Positions 24,561 to 36,900 of a stretch of 64,000 nt of DNA are shown here, piece by piece. The notes beneath the pieces were generated by a model. It worked only from the letters and a program-made list of their open reading frames with translations, was not told the DNA's origin and ran no database searches. Within the stretch, counting starts at the first letter, position 1. The number at the start of each line of letters is the position of its first letter. The DNA comes from Eledone cirrhosa. Its lineage: Eukaryota. The DNA lies in contig OZ024743.1 in NCBI GenBank assembly GCA_964016885.1, forward strand, positions 131,006,001 through 131,070,000. Direction: 5' to 3'. Position numbers and translations under genes: made by a program.

Positions 24561-27500
24561 GTGTTTGGTGTTTGGTGCTTGGTGCTTTGTGTTTGGTGCT
24601 TGGTGATTAGTGTTTGGTGCTTGGTACTTGGTGTTTGGTGCTTGGTGTTTGGTGTTTGCTGTTTGGTGTTTGGTGTTTGGTGTTTGCTGTTTGGTGTCTG
24701 CTTTTTGGTGTTTGGTGTTTGCTGTATGGTGTTTGCTGTTTCGTGTTTGGTGTTTGCTGTTTGGTGTTTGGTGTTTGCTGTTTGGTGTTTGGTCTTTGTT
24801 GCTTTGTGGTTGGTGCTTGGTGCTTGGTGTTTGGTGTTTGGTGCTTGGTGCTTGGTGCTTGGTGTTTGGTGCTTGGTGTCTGGTGCTTGGTGTCTGGTGC
24901 TTGGTGTTTGGTGTTTGGTGTTTGGTGCTTGGTGTTTGGTGTTTGGTGTTTGGTGTTTGGTGCTTGTTGCTTGGTGCTTGGTGCTTGGTGTTTGGTGCTT
25001 GGTGCTTGGTGTTTGGTGCTGGGTGCTTGGTGTTTGGTGCTTGGTGCTTGGTGCTTGGTGTTTGGTGTTTGGTGTTTTATGCTTGGTGTTTGATATTTGG
25101 TGCTTGGTGCTTGGTGTTTGGTGCTTGGTGCTTGGTGTTTGTACTTGGTGCTTGGTGCTTGGTTCTTGGTGTTTGGTGCTTGGTGCTTGGTGCTTGGTGC
25201 TTGGTGTTTGGTGCTTGGTGTTTGGTGCTTGGTGTTTGGTGCTTGGTGCCTGGTGCTTGGTGCTTGGTGCTTGGTGTTTGGTGCTTGGTGTTTGCTGCTT
25301 GGTATTAGGTGTTTGGTGCTTGGTGCTTGGTGTTTGGTGTTTGGTGCTTGGTGTTTGGTGCTTGGTGTTTGGTGTTTGGTGCTTGGTGTTTGGTGCTTGG
25401 TACTTGGTGCTTGGTGCTTGGTGTTAGGTGTTTGGTGCTTGGTGCTTGGTGTTTGGTTTTTGGTGCTTCGTGCTTGGTGTTTGGTGTTTGGTGCTTGCTG
25501 CTGGCTGCTTGGTGTTTGGTGCTTGGTGATTGGTGCTTGGTGTTTGGTGCTTGGTGTTTGGTGTTTGGTACTAGGTGCTTGGTGCTTGGTGTTTGGTGCT
25601 TGGTGCTTGGTGTTTGGTGCTTGGTGCTGGGTTCTGGGTGGTTGGTGTTTGGTGCTTGGTGTTTGGTGCTGGGTGCTTGGTGTTTGGTGCTTGGTGCTTG
25701 GTCTTTGGTGTTTGGTGTTTGGTGTTTGGGGCTTGGTGCTTGGTGCTTGGTGTTTGGTGCTTGGTGCTTGGTGTTTGGTGCTTGGTGCTTAGTGTTTGGT
25801 GCTAGGTGCTTGGGGTTTGGTGTTTGGTGCTTGGTGCTTGGTGTTTGGTGCTTGGTGCTTGGTGTTTGGTGTTTGGTGCTTGGTGCTTGGTGTTTGGTGT
25901 TTCCTGTTTGCTGTTTGGTGTTTGGTGTTTGGTGTTTGCTGTTTGGTGTCTGCTTTTTGGTGTTTGGTGTTTGCTGTATGTTATTTGCTGTTTGGTGTTT
26001 GGTGTTTGGTGTTTGGTGCTTGGTGCTTGGTGTTTGGTGCCTGGTGCTTGGGGCTTGGTGTTTGGTGTTTGGTGCTTGGTGCTTGGAGTTTGGTGTTTGG
26101 TGCTTGGTGCTTGGTGTTTTGTGTTTGGTGTTTGGTTTTTGGTGCTTGGTGCTTGGTGCTTGGTGCTTGGTCCTTGGTGTTTGGTGCTTGGTGCTTGGTG
26201 TTTGTACTTGGTGCTTGGTGCTTGGTGTTTGGTTCTTGGTTCCTTGTGTTTGGTACTTGGTGCTTGGTGCTTGGTGTTTGGTGCTTGGTGCTTGGTGTTT
26301 GGTGTTTGGTGTTTGGTGCTTGGTGCTTGGTGTTTGGTGCTTGGTGCTTGGTGCTTGGTGTTTGGTGCTTCGTGCTTGGTGCTTGGTCTTTGGTGCTTGG
26401 TGTTTGGTGTTTGGTGCTTGGTGCTTTGTGTTTGGTGCTTGGTGATTAGTGTTTGGTGCTTGGTACTTGGTGTTTGGTGCTTGGTGTTTGGTGTTTGCTG
26501 TTTGGTGTTTGGTGTTTGGTGTTTGCTGTTTGGTGTCTGCTTTTTGGTGTTTGGTGTTTGCTGTATGGTGTTTGCTGTTTCGTGTTTGGTGTTTGCTGTT
26601 TGGTGTTTGGTGTTTGCTGTTTGGTGTTTGGTCTTTGGTGCTTGGTGTTTGGTGCTTGGTGCTTGGTGTTTGGTGTTTGGTGCTTGGTGTTTGGTGTTTG
26701 GTGCTTCGTGCTTGGTGCTTGGTGTTTGGTGCTTGGTGTCTGGTGCTTGGTGTCTGGTGCTTGGTGTTTGGTGTTTGGTGTTTGGTGCTTGGTGTTTGGT
26801 GTTTGGTGCTTGTTGCTTGGTGCTTGGTGCTTGGTGTTTGGTGCTTGGTGCTTGGTGTTTGGTGCTGGGTGCTTGGTGTTTGGTGTTTGGTGCTTGGTGC
26901 TTGGTGTTTGGTGTTTGGTGTTATATGCTTGGTGTTTGGTGCTTGGTGCTTGGTGTTTGGTGTTTGGTTCTTGATGCTTGGTATTTGGTGCTTGGTGCTT
27001 GCTGCTTGGTGTTTGGTGCTTGGTGATTGATGCTTGGTGTTTGGTGCTTGGTGCTTGGTGTTTGGTGCTTGGTGTTTGGTGTTTGGTGCTTGGTGCTTGG
27101 TGTTTGGTACTTGGTGCTTGGTGCTTGGTGTTTGGTGCTTGGTGCTTGGTGTTTGGTGTTTGGTGTTTGGTGCTTGGTGCTTGGTGTTTGGTGCTTGGTG
27201 CTGGGTGGTTGGTATTTGGTGCTTGGTGCTTGGTGTTCCGTGCTAGGTGCATGGTGCTTGGTGTTTGGTGCTTGGTGCTTGGTGCTTGGTCTTTGGTGTT
27301 TGGTGTTTAGTGCTTGGTGCTTGGTGCTTGGTGCTTGGTGCTTGGTGCTTGGTCCTTGGTGTTTGGTGCTTGGTGCTTGGTGTTTGGTGTTTGGTGCTTG
27401 GTGCTTGGTGCTTCGTGTTTGGTGTTTGGTGCTTGGTGTCTGGAGCTTGGTGTTTGGTGTTTGGTGCTTGGTGTTTGGTGTTTGGTGCTTGGTGCTTGGT

Positions 27501-30500
27501 GTTTGGTGCTTGGTGCTTGGTGTTTGTACTTGGTGCTTGGTGCTTGGTGTTTGGTGCTTGGTTCTTGGTGTTTGGTGCTTGGTGTTTGGAGCTTGGTGCT
27601 TGGTGTTTGGTGCTTGGTGCTTGGTGTTTGTACTTGGTGCTTGGTGCTTGGTGTTTGGTGCTTGGTGCTTGGTGTTTGGTGTTTGGTGCTTGGTGCTTGG
27701 TGTTTGGTGTTTGGTGCTTGGTGTTTGGTGTTTGGTGCTTGGTGCTTGGTGTTTGTTGCTTGGTACTTGGTGCATGGTGTTTGGTGCTGGGTGCTTGGTG
27801 TTTGGTGCTTGGTGTTTGGTGCTTGGTGCTTGGTGTTTGGTGTTTGGTGTTTGATGCTTGGTGTTTTATGCTTGGTGCTTGGTGTTTGGTGCTTGGTGTT
27901 TGTAATTGGTGCTTGGTGCTTGGTGTTTTGTGCTTGGTTCTTGGTGTTTGGTGTTTGGTGCTTGGTACTTGGTGCTTGGTGTTAGGTGTTTGGTGCTTGG
28001 TGCTTGGTGTTTGGTGTTCGGTCCTTGGTGCTTGGTGCTTGGTGTTTAGTGCTTGGTGCTTGGTGTTTGTTGTTTGGTGCTTTCTGTTTGCTGCTTGGTG
28101 TTTGCTGCTTGGTGCTTGGTGCTTGGTGTTTGGTGTTTGGTGCTAGGTGCTTGGTGTTTGGTGTTTGGTGTTTGATGCTTGGTGTTTGGTGCTTGGTGTT
28201 TGGTGCTTGGTGCTTGGGGCTTGGTGTTTGGTGCTTGGTGCTTGGTGCTTGGTGTTTGGTGCTTGGTGCTTGGTGTTTGGTGTTTGGTGTTTGGTGCTTG
28301 GTGCTTGGTGTTTGGTGCTTGGTGCTTGGTGCTGGGTGGTTGGTATTTGGTGATTGGTGCTTGGTGCTTGGTGTTTGGTGCTTGGTGCTTGGTGCTTGGT
28401 CTTTGGTGCTTGGTGTTTGGTGTTTGGTGCTTGGTGCTTTGTGTTTGGTGCTTGGTGATTAGTGTTTGGTGCTTGGTACTTGGTGTTTGGTGCTTGGTGT
28501 TTGGTGTTTGCTGTTTGGTGTTTGGTGTTTGGTGTTTGCTGTTTGGTGTCTGCTTTTTGGTGTTTGGTGTTTGCTGTATGGTGTTTGCTGTTTCGTGTTT
28601 GGTGTTTGCTGTTTGGTGTTTGGTGTTTGCTGTTTGGTGTTTGGTCTTTGGTGCTTGGTGTTTGGTGCTTGGTGCTTGGTGTTTGGTGTTTGGTGCTTGG
28701 TGCTTGGTGCTTGGTGTTTGGTGCTTGGTGTCTGGTGCTTGGTGTCTGGTGCTTGGTGTTTGGTGTTTGGTGTTTGGTGCTTGGTGTTTGGTGTTTGGTG
28801 TTTGGTGTTTGGTGCTTGTTGCTTGGTGCTTGGTGCTTGGTGTTTGGTGCTTGGTGCTTGGTGTTTGGTGCTGGGTGCTTGGTGTTTGGTGCTTGGTGCT
28901 TGGTGCTTGGTGTTTGGTGTTTGGTGTTTTATGCTTGGTGTTTGATATTTGGTGCTTGGTGCTTGGTGTTTGGTGCTTGGTGCTTGGTGTTTGTACTTGG
29001 TGCTTGGTGCTTGGTTCTTGGTGTTTGGTGCTTGGTGCTTGGTGCTTGGTGCTTGGTGTTTGGTGCTTGGTGTTTGGTGCTTGGTGTTTGGTGCTTGGTG
29101 CCTGGTGCTTGGTGCTTGGTGCTTGGTGTTTGGTGCTTGGTGTTTGCTGCTTGGTATTAGGTGTTTGGTACTTGGTGCTTGGTGTTTGGTGTTTGGTGCT
29201 TGGTGTTTGGTGCTTGGTGTTTGGTGTTTGGTGCTTGGTGTTTGGTGCTTGGTACTTGGTGCTTGGTGCTTGGTGTTAGGTGTTTGGTGCTTGGTGCTTG
29301 GTGTTTGGTTTTTGGTGCTTCGTGCTTGGTGTTTGGTGTTTGGTGCTTGCTGCTGGCTGCTTGGTGTTTGGTGCTTGGTGATTGGTGCTTGGTGTTTGCT
29401 GCTTGGTGTTTGGTGTTTGGTACTAGGTGCTTGGTGCTTGGTGTTTGGTGCTTGGTGCTTGGTGTTTGGTGCTTGGTGCTGGGTTCTGGGTGGTTGGTGT
29501 TTGGTGCTTGGTGTTTGGTGCTGGGTGCTTGGTGTTTGGTGCTTGGTGCTTGGTCTTTGGTGTTTGGTGTTTGGTGTTTGGGGCTTGGTGCTTGGTGCTT
29601 GGTGTTTGGTGCTTGGTGCTTGGTGTTTGGTGCTTGGTGCTTAGTGTTTGGTGCTAGGTGCTTGGGGTTTGGTGTTTGGTGCTTGGTGCTTAGTGTTTGG
29701 TGCTTGGTGCTTGGTGTTTGGTGTTTGGTGCTTGGTGCTTGGTGTTTGGTGTTTCCTGTTTGCTGTTTGGTGTTTGGTGTTTGGTGTTTGCTGTTTGGTG
29801 TCTGCTTTTTGGTGTTTGGTGTTTGCTGTATGTTATTTGCTGTTTGGTGCTTGGAGTTTGGTGTTTGGTGCTTGGTGCTTGGTGTTTTGTGTTTGGTGTT
29901 TGGTTTTTGGTGCTTGGTGCTTGGTGCTTGGTGCTTGGTCCTTGGTGTTTGGTGCTTGGTGCTTGGTGTTTGTACTTGGTGCTTGGTGCTTGGTGTTTGG
30001 TTCTTGGTTCCTTGTGTTTGGTACTTGGTGCTTGGTGCTTGGTGTTTGGTGCTTGGTGCTTGGTGTTTGGTGTTTGGTGTTTGGTGCTTGGTGCTTGGTG
30101 TTTGGTGCTTGGTGCTTGGTGCTGGGTGGTTGGTATTTGGTGCTTGGTGCTTGGTGTTTGGTGCTTGGTGCTTGGTGCTTGGTGTTTGGTGCTTCGTGCT
30201 TGGTGCTTGGTCTTTGGTGCTTGGTGTTTGGTGTTTGGTGCTTGGTGCTTTGTGTTTGGTGCTTGGTGATTAGTGTTTGGTGCTTGGTACTTGGTGTTTG
30301 GTGCTTGGTGTTTGGTGTTTGCTGTTTGGTGTTTGGTGTTTGGTGTTTGCTGTTTGGTGTCTGCTTTTTGGTGTTTGGTGTTTGCTGTATGGTGTTTGCT
30401 GTTTCGTGTTTGGTGTTTGCTGTTTGGTGTTTGGTGTTTGCTGTTTGGTGTTTGGTCTTTGGTGCTTGGTGTTTGGTGCTTGGTGCTTGGTGTTTGGTGT

Positions 30501-30900
30501 TTGGTGCTTGGTGTTTGGTGTTTGGTGCTTCGTGCTTGGTGCTTGGTGTTTGGTGCTTGGTGTCTGGTGCTTGGTGTTTGGTGTTATATGCTTGGTGTTT
30601 GGTGCTTGGTGCTTGGTGTTTGGTGTTTGGTTCTTGATGCTTGGTATTTGGTGCTTGGTGCTTGCTGCTTGGTGTTTGGTGCTTGGTGATTGATGCTTGG
30701 TGTTTGGTGCTTGGTGCTTGGTGTTTGGTGCTTGGTGTTTGGTGTTTGGTGCTTGGTGCTTGGTGTTTGGTACTTGGTGCTTGGTGCTTGGTGTTTGGTG
30801 CTTGGTGCTTGGTGTTTGGTGTTTGGTGTTTGGTGCTTGGTGCTTGGTGTTTGGTGCTTGGTGCTGGGTGGTTGGTGTTTGGTGCTTGGTGCTTGGTGTT
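23410..30900. repeat. ~3.85-kb A+B higher-order unit, two imperfect tandem copies
   Basis: Offset 3852 at 24134/27986, 24610/28462, 25309/29161, 25575/29427; shared marker TTGATAT at ~25090 and ~28942. Confidence 0.85.
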
Positions 30901-33900
30901 CCGTGCTAGGTGCATGGTGCTTGGTGTTTGGTGCTTGGTGCTTGGTGCTTGGTCTTTGGTGTTTGGTGTTTAGTGCTTGGTGCTTGGTGCTTGGTGCTTG
31001 GTGCTTGGTGCTTGGTCCTTGGTGTTTGGTGCTTGGTGCTTGGTGTTTGGTGTTTGGTGCTTGGTGCTTGGTGCTTCGTGTTTGGTGTTTGGTGCTTGGT
31101 GTCTGGAGCTTGGTGTTTGGTGTTTGGTGCTTGGTGTTTGGTGTTTGGTGCTTGGTGCTTGGTGTTTGGTGCTTGGTGCTTGGTGTTTGTACTTGGTGCT
31201 TGGTGCTTGGTGTTTGGTGCTTGGTTCTTGGTGTTTGGTGCTTGGTGTTTGGAGCTTGGTGCTTGGTGTTTGGTGCTTGGTGCTTGGTGTTTGTACTTGG
31301 TGCTTGGTGCTTGGTGTTTGGTGCTTGGTTCTTGGTGTTTGGTGCTTGGTGTTTGGAGCTTGGTGCTTGGTGTTTGGTGCTTGGTGCTTGGTGTTTGGTG
31401 TTTGGTGCTTGGAGCTTGGTGTTTGGTGTTTGGTGCTTGGTGTTTGGTTTTTGGTGTTTGGTGCTTGGTGTTTGGTGCTTGGTGCTTGGTGTTTGGTGTT
31501 TGGTGTTTGATGCTTGGTGTTTTATGCTTGGTGCTTGGTGTTTGGTGCTTGGTGTTTGTATTTGGTGCTTGGTGCTTGGTGTTTTGAGCTTGGTTCTTGG
31601 TGTTTGGTGTTTGGTGCTTGGTACTTGGTGCTTGGTGTTTGGTGCTTGGTGCTTGGTGTTTGGTGTTTGGTGTCTGGTGCTTGGTGTTTGGTGTTTGGTG
31701 CTTGGTGTTTGGTGTTTGCTGCTTGGTGCTTGGTGTTTGTTGCTTGGTACTTGGTGCATGGTGTTTGGTGCTGGGTGCTTGGTGTTTGGTGCTTGGTGTT
31801 TGGTGCTTGGTGCTTGGTGTTTGGTGTTTGGTGTTTGATGCTTGGTGTTTTATGCTTGGTGCTTGGTGTTTGGTGCTTGGTGTTTGTACTTGGTGCTTGG
31901 TGCTTGGTGTTTTGTGCTTGATTCTTGGGGTTTGGTGTTTGGTGCTTGGTACTCGGTGCTTGGTGTTAGGTGTTTGGTGCTTGGTGCTTGGTGCTTGGTG
32001 TTTGGTCCTTGGTGCTTGGTGCTTGGTGTTTAGTGCTTGGTGCTTGGTGTTTGTTGTTTGGTGCTTTCTGTTTGCTGCTTGGTGTTATATGCTTGGTGTT
32101 TGGTGCTTGGTGCTTGGTGTTTGGTGTTTGGTTCTTGATGCTTGGTATTTGGTGCTTGGTGCTTGCTGCTTGGTGTTTGGTGCTTGGTGATTGATGCTTG
32201 GTGTTTGGTGCTTGGTGCTTGGTGTTTGGTTTTTGGTGCTAGGTGCTTGGTGCTTGGTGTTTGGTGCTTGGTGTTTGGTGTTTGGTGCTTGGTGCTTGGT
32301 GTTTGGTACTTGGTGCTTGGTGCTTGATGTTTGGTGCTTGGTGCTTGGTGTTTGGTGTTTGGTGTTTGGTGCTTGGTGCTTGGTGTTTGGTGCTTGGTGT
32401 TTGGTGCTTGGTGCTTGGTGCTTGGTGCTTGTTGCTTGGTGTTTGGTGCTTGGTGCTTGGTGTTTGGTGCTGGGTGCTTGGTGTTTGGTGTTTGGTGCTT
32501 GGTGCTTGGTGTTTGGTGTTTGGTGTTATATGCTTGGTGTTTGGTGCTTGGTGCTTGGTGTTTGGTGTTTGGTTCTTGATGCTTGGTATTTGGTGCTTGG
32601 TGCTTGCTGCTTGGTGTTTGGTGCTTGGTGATTGATGCTTGGTGTTTGGTGCTTGGTGCTTGGTGTTTGGTGCTTGGTGTTTGGTGTTTGGTGCTTGGTG
32701 CTTGGTGTTTGGTACTTGGTGCTTGGTGCTTGGTGTTTGGTGCTTGGTGCTTGGTGTTTGGTGTTTGGTGTTTGGTGCTTGGTGCTTGGTGTTTGGTGCT
32801 TGGTGCTGGGTGGTTGGTGTTTGGTGCTTGGTGCTTGGTGTTCCGTGCTAGGTGCATGGTGCTTGGTGTTTGGTGCTTGGTGCTTGGTGCTTGGTCTTTG
32901 GTGTTTGGTGTTTAGTGCTTGGTGCTTGGTGCTTGGTGCTTGGTGCTTGGTGCTTGGTCCTTGGTGTTTGGTGCTTGGTGCTTGGTGTTTGGTGCTTGGT
33001 GTTTGGTGTTTGGTGCTTGTTGCTTGGTGTTTGGTACTTGGTGCTTGGTGCTTGGTGTTTGGTGCTTGGTGCTTGGTGTTTGGTGTTTGGTGCTTGGTGT
33101 TTGGTGCTTGGTGTTTGGTGTTTGGTGCTTGGTGTTTGGTGCTTGGTACTTGGTGCTTGGTGCTTGGTGTTAGGTGTTTGGTGCTTGGTGCTTGGTGTTT
33201 GGTTTTTGGTGCTTCGTGCTTGGTGTTTGGTGTTTGGTGCTTGCTGCTGGCTGCTTGGTGTTTGGTGCTTGGTGATTGGTGCTTGGTGTTTGGTGCTTGG
33301 TGTTTGGTGTTTGGTACTAGGTGCTTGGTGCTTGGTGTTTGGTGCTTGGTGCTTGGTGTTTGGTGCTTGGTGCTGGGTTCTGGGTGGTTGGTGTTTGGTG
33401 CTTGGTGTTTGGTGCTGGGTGCTTGGTGTTTGGTGCTTGGTGCTTGGTCTTTGGTGTTTGGTGTTTGGTGTTTGGGGCTTGGTGCTTGGTGCTTGGTGTT
33501 TGGTGCTTGGTGCTTGGTGTTTGGTGCTTGGTGCTTAGTGTTTGGTGCTAGGTGCTTGGGGTTTGGTGTTTGGTGCTTGGTGCTTGGTGTTTGGTGCTTG
33601 GTGCTTGGTGTTTGGTGTTTGGTGCTTGGTGCTTGGTGTTTGGTGTTTCCTGTTTGCTGTTTGGTGTTTGGTGTTTGGTGTTTGCTGTTTGGTGTCTGCT
33701 TTTTGGTGTTTGGTGTTTGCTGTATGTTATTTGCTGTTTGGTGTTTGGTGTTTGGTGTTTGGTGCTTGGTGCTTGGTGTTTGGTGCCTGGTGCTTGGGGC
33801 TTGGTGTTTGGTGTTTGGTGCTTGGTGCTTGGAGTTTGGTGTTTGGTGCTTGGTGCTTGGTGTTTTGTGTTTGGTGTTTGGTTTTTGGTGCTTGGTGCTT

Positions 33901-36900
33901 GGTGCTTGGTGCTTGGTCCTTGGTGTTTGGTGCTTGGTGCTTGGTGTTTGTACTTGGTGCTTGGTGCTTGGTGTTTGGTTCTTGGTTCCTTGTGTTTGGT
34001 ACTTGGTGCTTGGTGCTTGGTGTTTGGTGCTTGGTGCTTGGTGTTTGGTGTTTGGTGTTTGGTGCTTGGTGCTTGGTGTTTGGTGCTTGGTGCTTGGTGC
34101 TTGGTGTTTGGTGCTTCGTGCTTGGTGCTTGGTCTTTGGTGCTTGGTGTTTGGTGTTTGGTGCTTGGTGCTTTGTGTTTGGTGCTTGGTGATTAGTGTTT
34201 GGTGCTTGGTACTTGGTGTTTGGTGCTTGGTGTTTGGTGTTTGCTGTTTGGTGTTTGGTGTTTGGTGTTTGCTGTTTGGTGTCTGCTTTTTGGTGTTTGG
34301 TGTTTGCTGTATGGTGTTTGCTGTTTCGTGTTTGGTGTTTGCTGTTTGGTGTTTGGTGTTTGCTGTTTGTTGTTTGGTCTTTGGTGCTTGGTGTTTGGTG
34401 CTTGGTGCTTGGTGTTTGGTGTTTGGTGCTTGGTGTTTGGTGTTTGGTGCTTCGTGCTTGGTGCTTGGTGTTTGGTGCTTGGTGTCTGGTGCTTGGTGTC
34501 TGGTGCTTGGTGTTTGGTGTTTGGTGTTTGGTGCTTGGTGTTTGGTGTTTGGTGCTTGTTGCTTGGTGCTTGGTGCTTGGTGTTTGGTGCTTGGTGCTTG
34601 GTGTTTGGTGCTGGGTGCTTGGTGTTTGGTGTTTGGTGCTTGGTGCTTGGTGTTTGGTGTTTGGTGTTATATGCTTGGTGTTTGGTGCTTGGTGCTTGGT
34701 GTTTGGTGTTTGGTTCTTGATGCTTGGTATTTGGTGCTTGGTGCTTGCTGCTTGGTGTTTGGTGCTTGGTGATTGATGCTTGGTGTTTGGTGCTTGGTGC
34801 TTGGTGTTTGGTGCTTGGTGTTTGGTGTTTGGTGCTTGGTGCTTGGTGTTTGGTACTTGGTGCTTGGTGCTTGGTGTTTGGTGCTTGGTGCTTGGTGTTT
34901 GGTGTTTGGTGTTTGGTGCTTGGTGCTTGGTGTTTGGTGCTTGGTGCTGGGTGGTTGGTATTTGGTGCTTGGTGCTTGGTGTTCCGTGCTAGGTGCATGG
35001 TGCTTGGTGTTTGGTGCTTGGTGCTTGGTGCTTGGTCTTTGGTGTTTGGTGTTTAGTGCTTGGTGCTTGGTGCTTGGTGCTTGGTGCTTGGTGCTTGGTC
35101 CTTGGTGTTTGGTGCTTGGTGCTTGGTGTTTGGTGTTTGGTGCTTGGTGCTTGGTGCTTCGTGTTTGGTGTTTGGTGCTTGGTGTCTGGAGCTTGGTGTT
35201 TGGTGTTTGGTGCTTGGTGTTTGGTGTTTGGTGCTTGGTGCTTGGTGTTTGGTGCTTGGTGCTTGGTGTTTGTACTTGGTGCTTGGTGCTTGGTGTTTGG
35301 TGCTTGGTTCTTGGTGTTTGGTGCTTGGTGTTTGGAGCTTGGTGCTTGGTGTTTGGTGCTTGGTGCTTGGTGTTTGTACTTGGTGCTTGGTGCTTGGTGT
35401 TTGGTGCTTGGTGCTTGGTGTTTGGTGTTTGGTGCTTGGTGCTTGGTGTTTGGTGTTTGGTGCTTGGTGTTTGGTGTTTGGTGCTTGGTGCTTGGTGTTT
35501 GTTGCTTGGTACTTGGTGCATGGTGTTTGGTGCTGGGTGCTTGGTGTTTGGTGCTTGGTGTTTGGTGCTTGGTGCTTGGTGTTTGGTGTTTGGTGTTTGA
35601 TGCTTGGTGTTTTATGCTTGGTGCTTGGTGTTTGGTGCTTGGTGTTTGTAATTGGTGCTTGGTGCTTGGTGTTTTGTGCTTGGTTCTTGGTGTTTGGTGT
35701 TTGGTGCTTGGTACTTGGTGCTTGGTGTTAGGTGTTTGGTGCTTGGTGCTTGGTGTTTGGTGTTCGGTCCTTGGTGCTTGGTGCTTGGTGTTTAGTGCTT
35801 GGTGCTTGGTGTTTGTTGTTTGGTGCTTTCTGTTTGCTGCTTGGTGTTTGCTGCTTGGTGCTTGGTGCTTGGTGTTTGGTGTTTGGTGCTAGGTGCTTGG
35901 TGTTTGGTGTTTGGTGTTTGATGCTTGGTGTTTGGTGCTTGGTGTTTGGTGCTTGGTGCTTGGGGCTTGGTGTTTGGTGCTTGGTGCTTGGTGCTTGGTG
36001 TTTGGTGCTTGGTGCTTGGTGTTTGGTGTTTGGTGTTTGGTGCTTGGTGCTTGGTGTTTGGTGCTTGGTGCTTGGTGCTGGGTGGTTGGTATTTGGTGAT
36101 TGGTGCTTGGTGCTTGGTGTTTGGTGCTTGGTGCTTGGTGCTTGGTCTTTGGTGCTTGGTGTTTGGTGTTTGGTGCTTGGTGCTTTGTGTTTGGTGCTTG
36201 GTGATTAGTGTTTGGTGCTTGGTACTTGGTGTTTGGTGCTTGGTGTTTGGTGTTTGCTGTTTGGTGTTTGGTGTTTGGTGTTTGCTGTTTGGTGTCTGCT
36301 TTTTGGTGTTTGGTGTTTGCTGTATGGTGTTTGCTGTTTCGTGTTTGGTGTTTGCTGTTTGGTGTTTGGTGTTTGCTGTTTGGTGTTTGGTCTTTGGTGC
36401 TTGGTGTTTGGTGCTTGGTGCTTGGTGTTTGGTGTTTGGTGCTTGGTGCTTGGTGCTTGGTGTTTGGTGCTTGGTGTCTGGTGCTTGGTGTCTGGTGCTT
36501 GGTGTTTGGTGTTTGGTGTTTGGTGCTTGGTGTTTGGTGTTTGGTGTTTGGTGTTTGGTGCTTGTTGCTTGGTGCTTGGTGCTTGGTGTTTGGTGCTTGG
36601 TGCTTGGTGTTTGGTGCTGGGTGCTTGGTGTTTGGTGCTTGGTGCTTGGTGCTTGGTGTTTGGTGTTTGGTGTTTTATGCTTGGTGTTTGATATTTGGTG
36701 CTTGGTGCTTGGTGTTTGGTGCTTGGTGCTTGGTGTTTGTACTTGGTGCTTGGTGCTTGGTTCTTGGTGTTTGGTGCTTGGTGCTTGGTGCTTGGTGCTT
36801 GGTGTTTGGTGCTTGGTGTTTGGTGCTTGGTGTTTGGTGCTTGGTGCCTGGTGCTTGGTGCTTGGTGCTTGGTGTTTGGTGCTTGGTGTTTGCTGCTTGG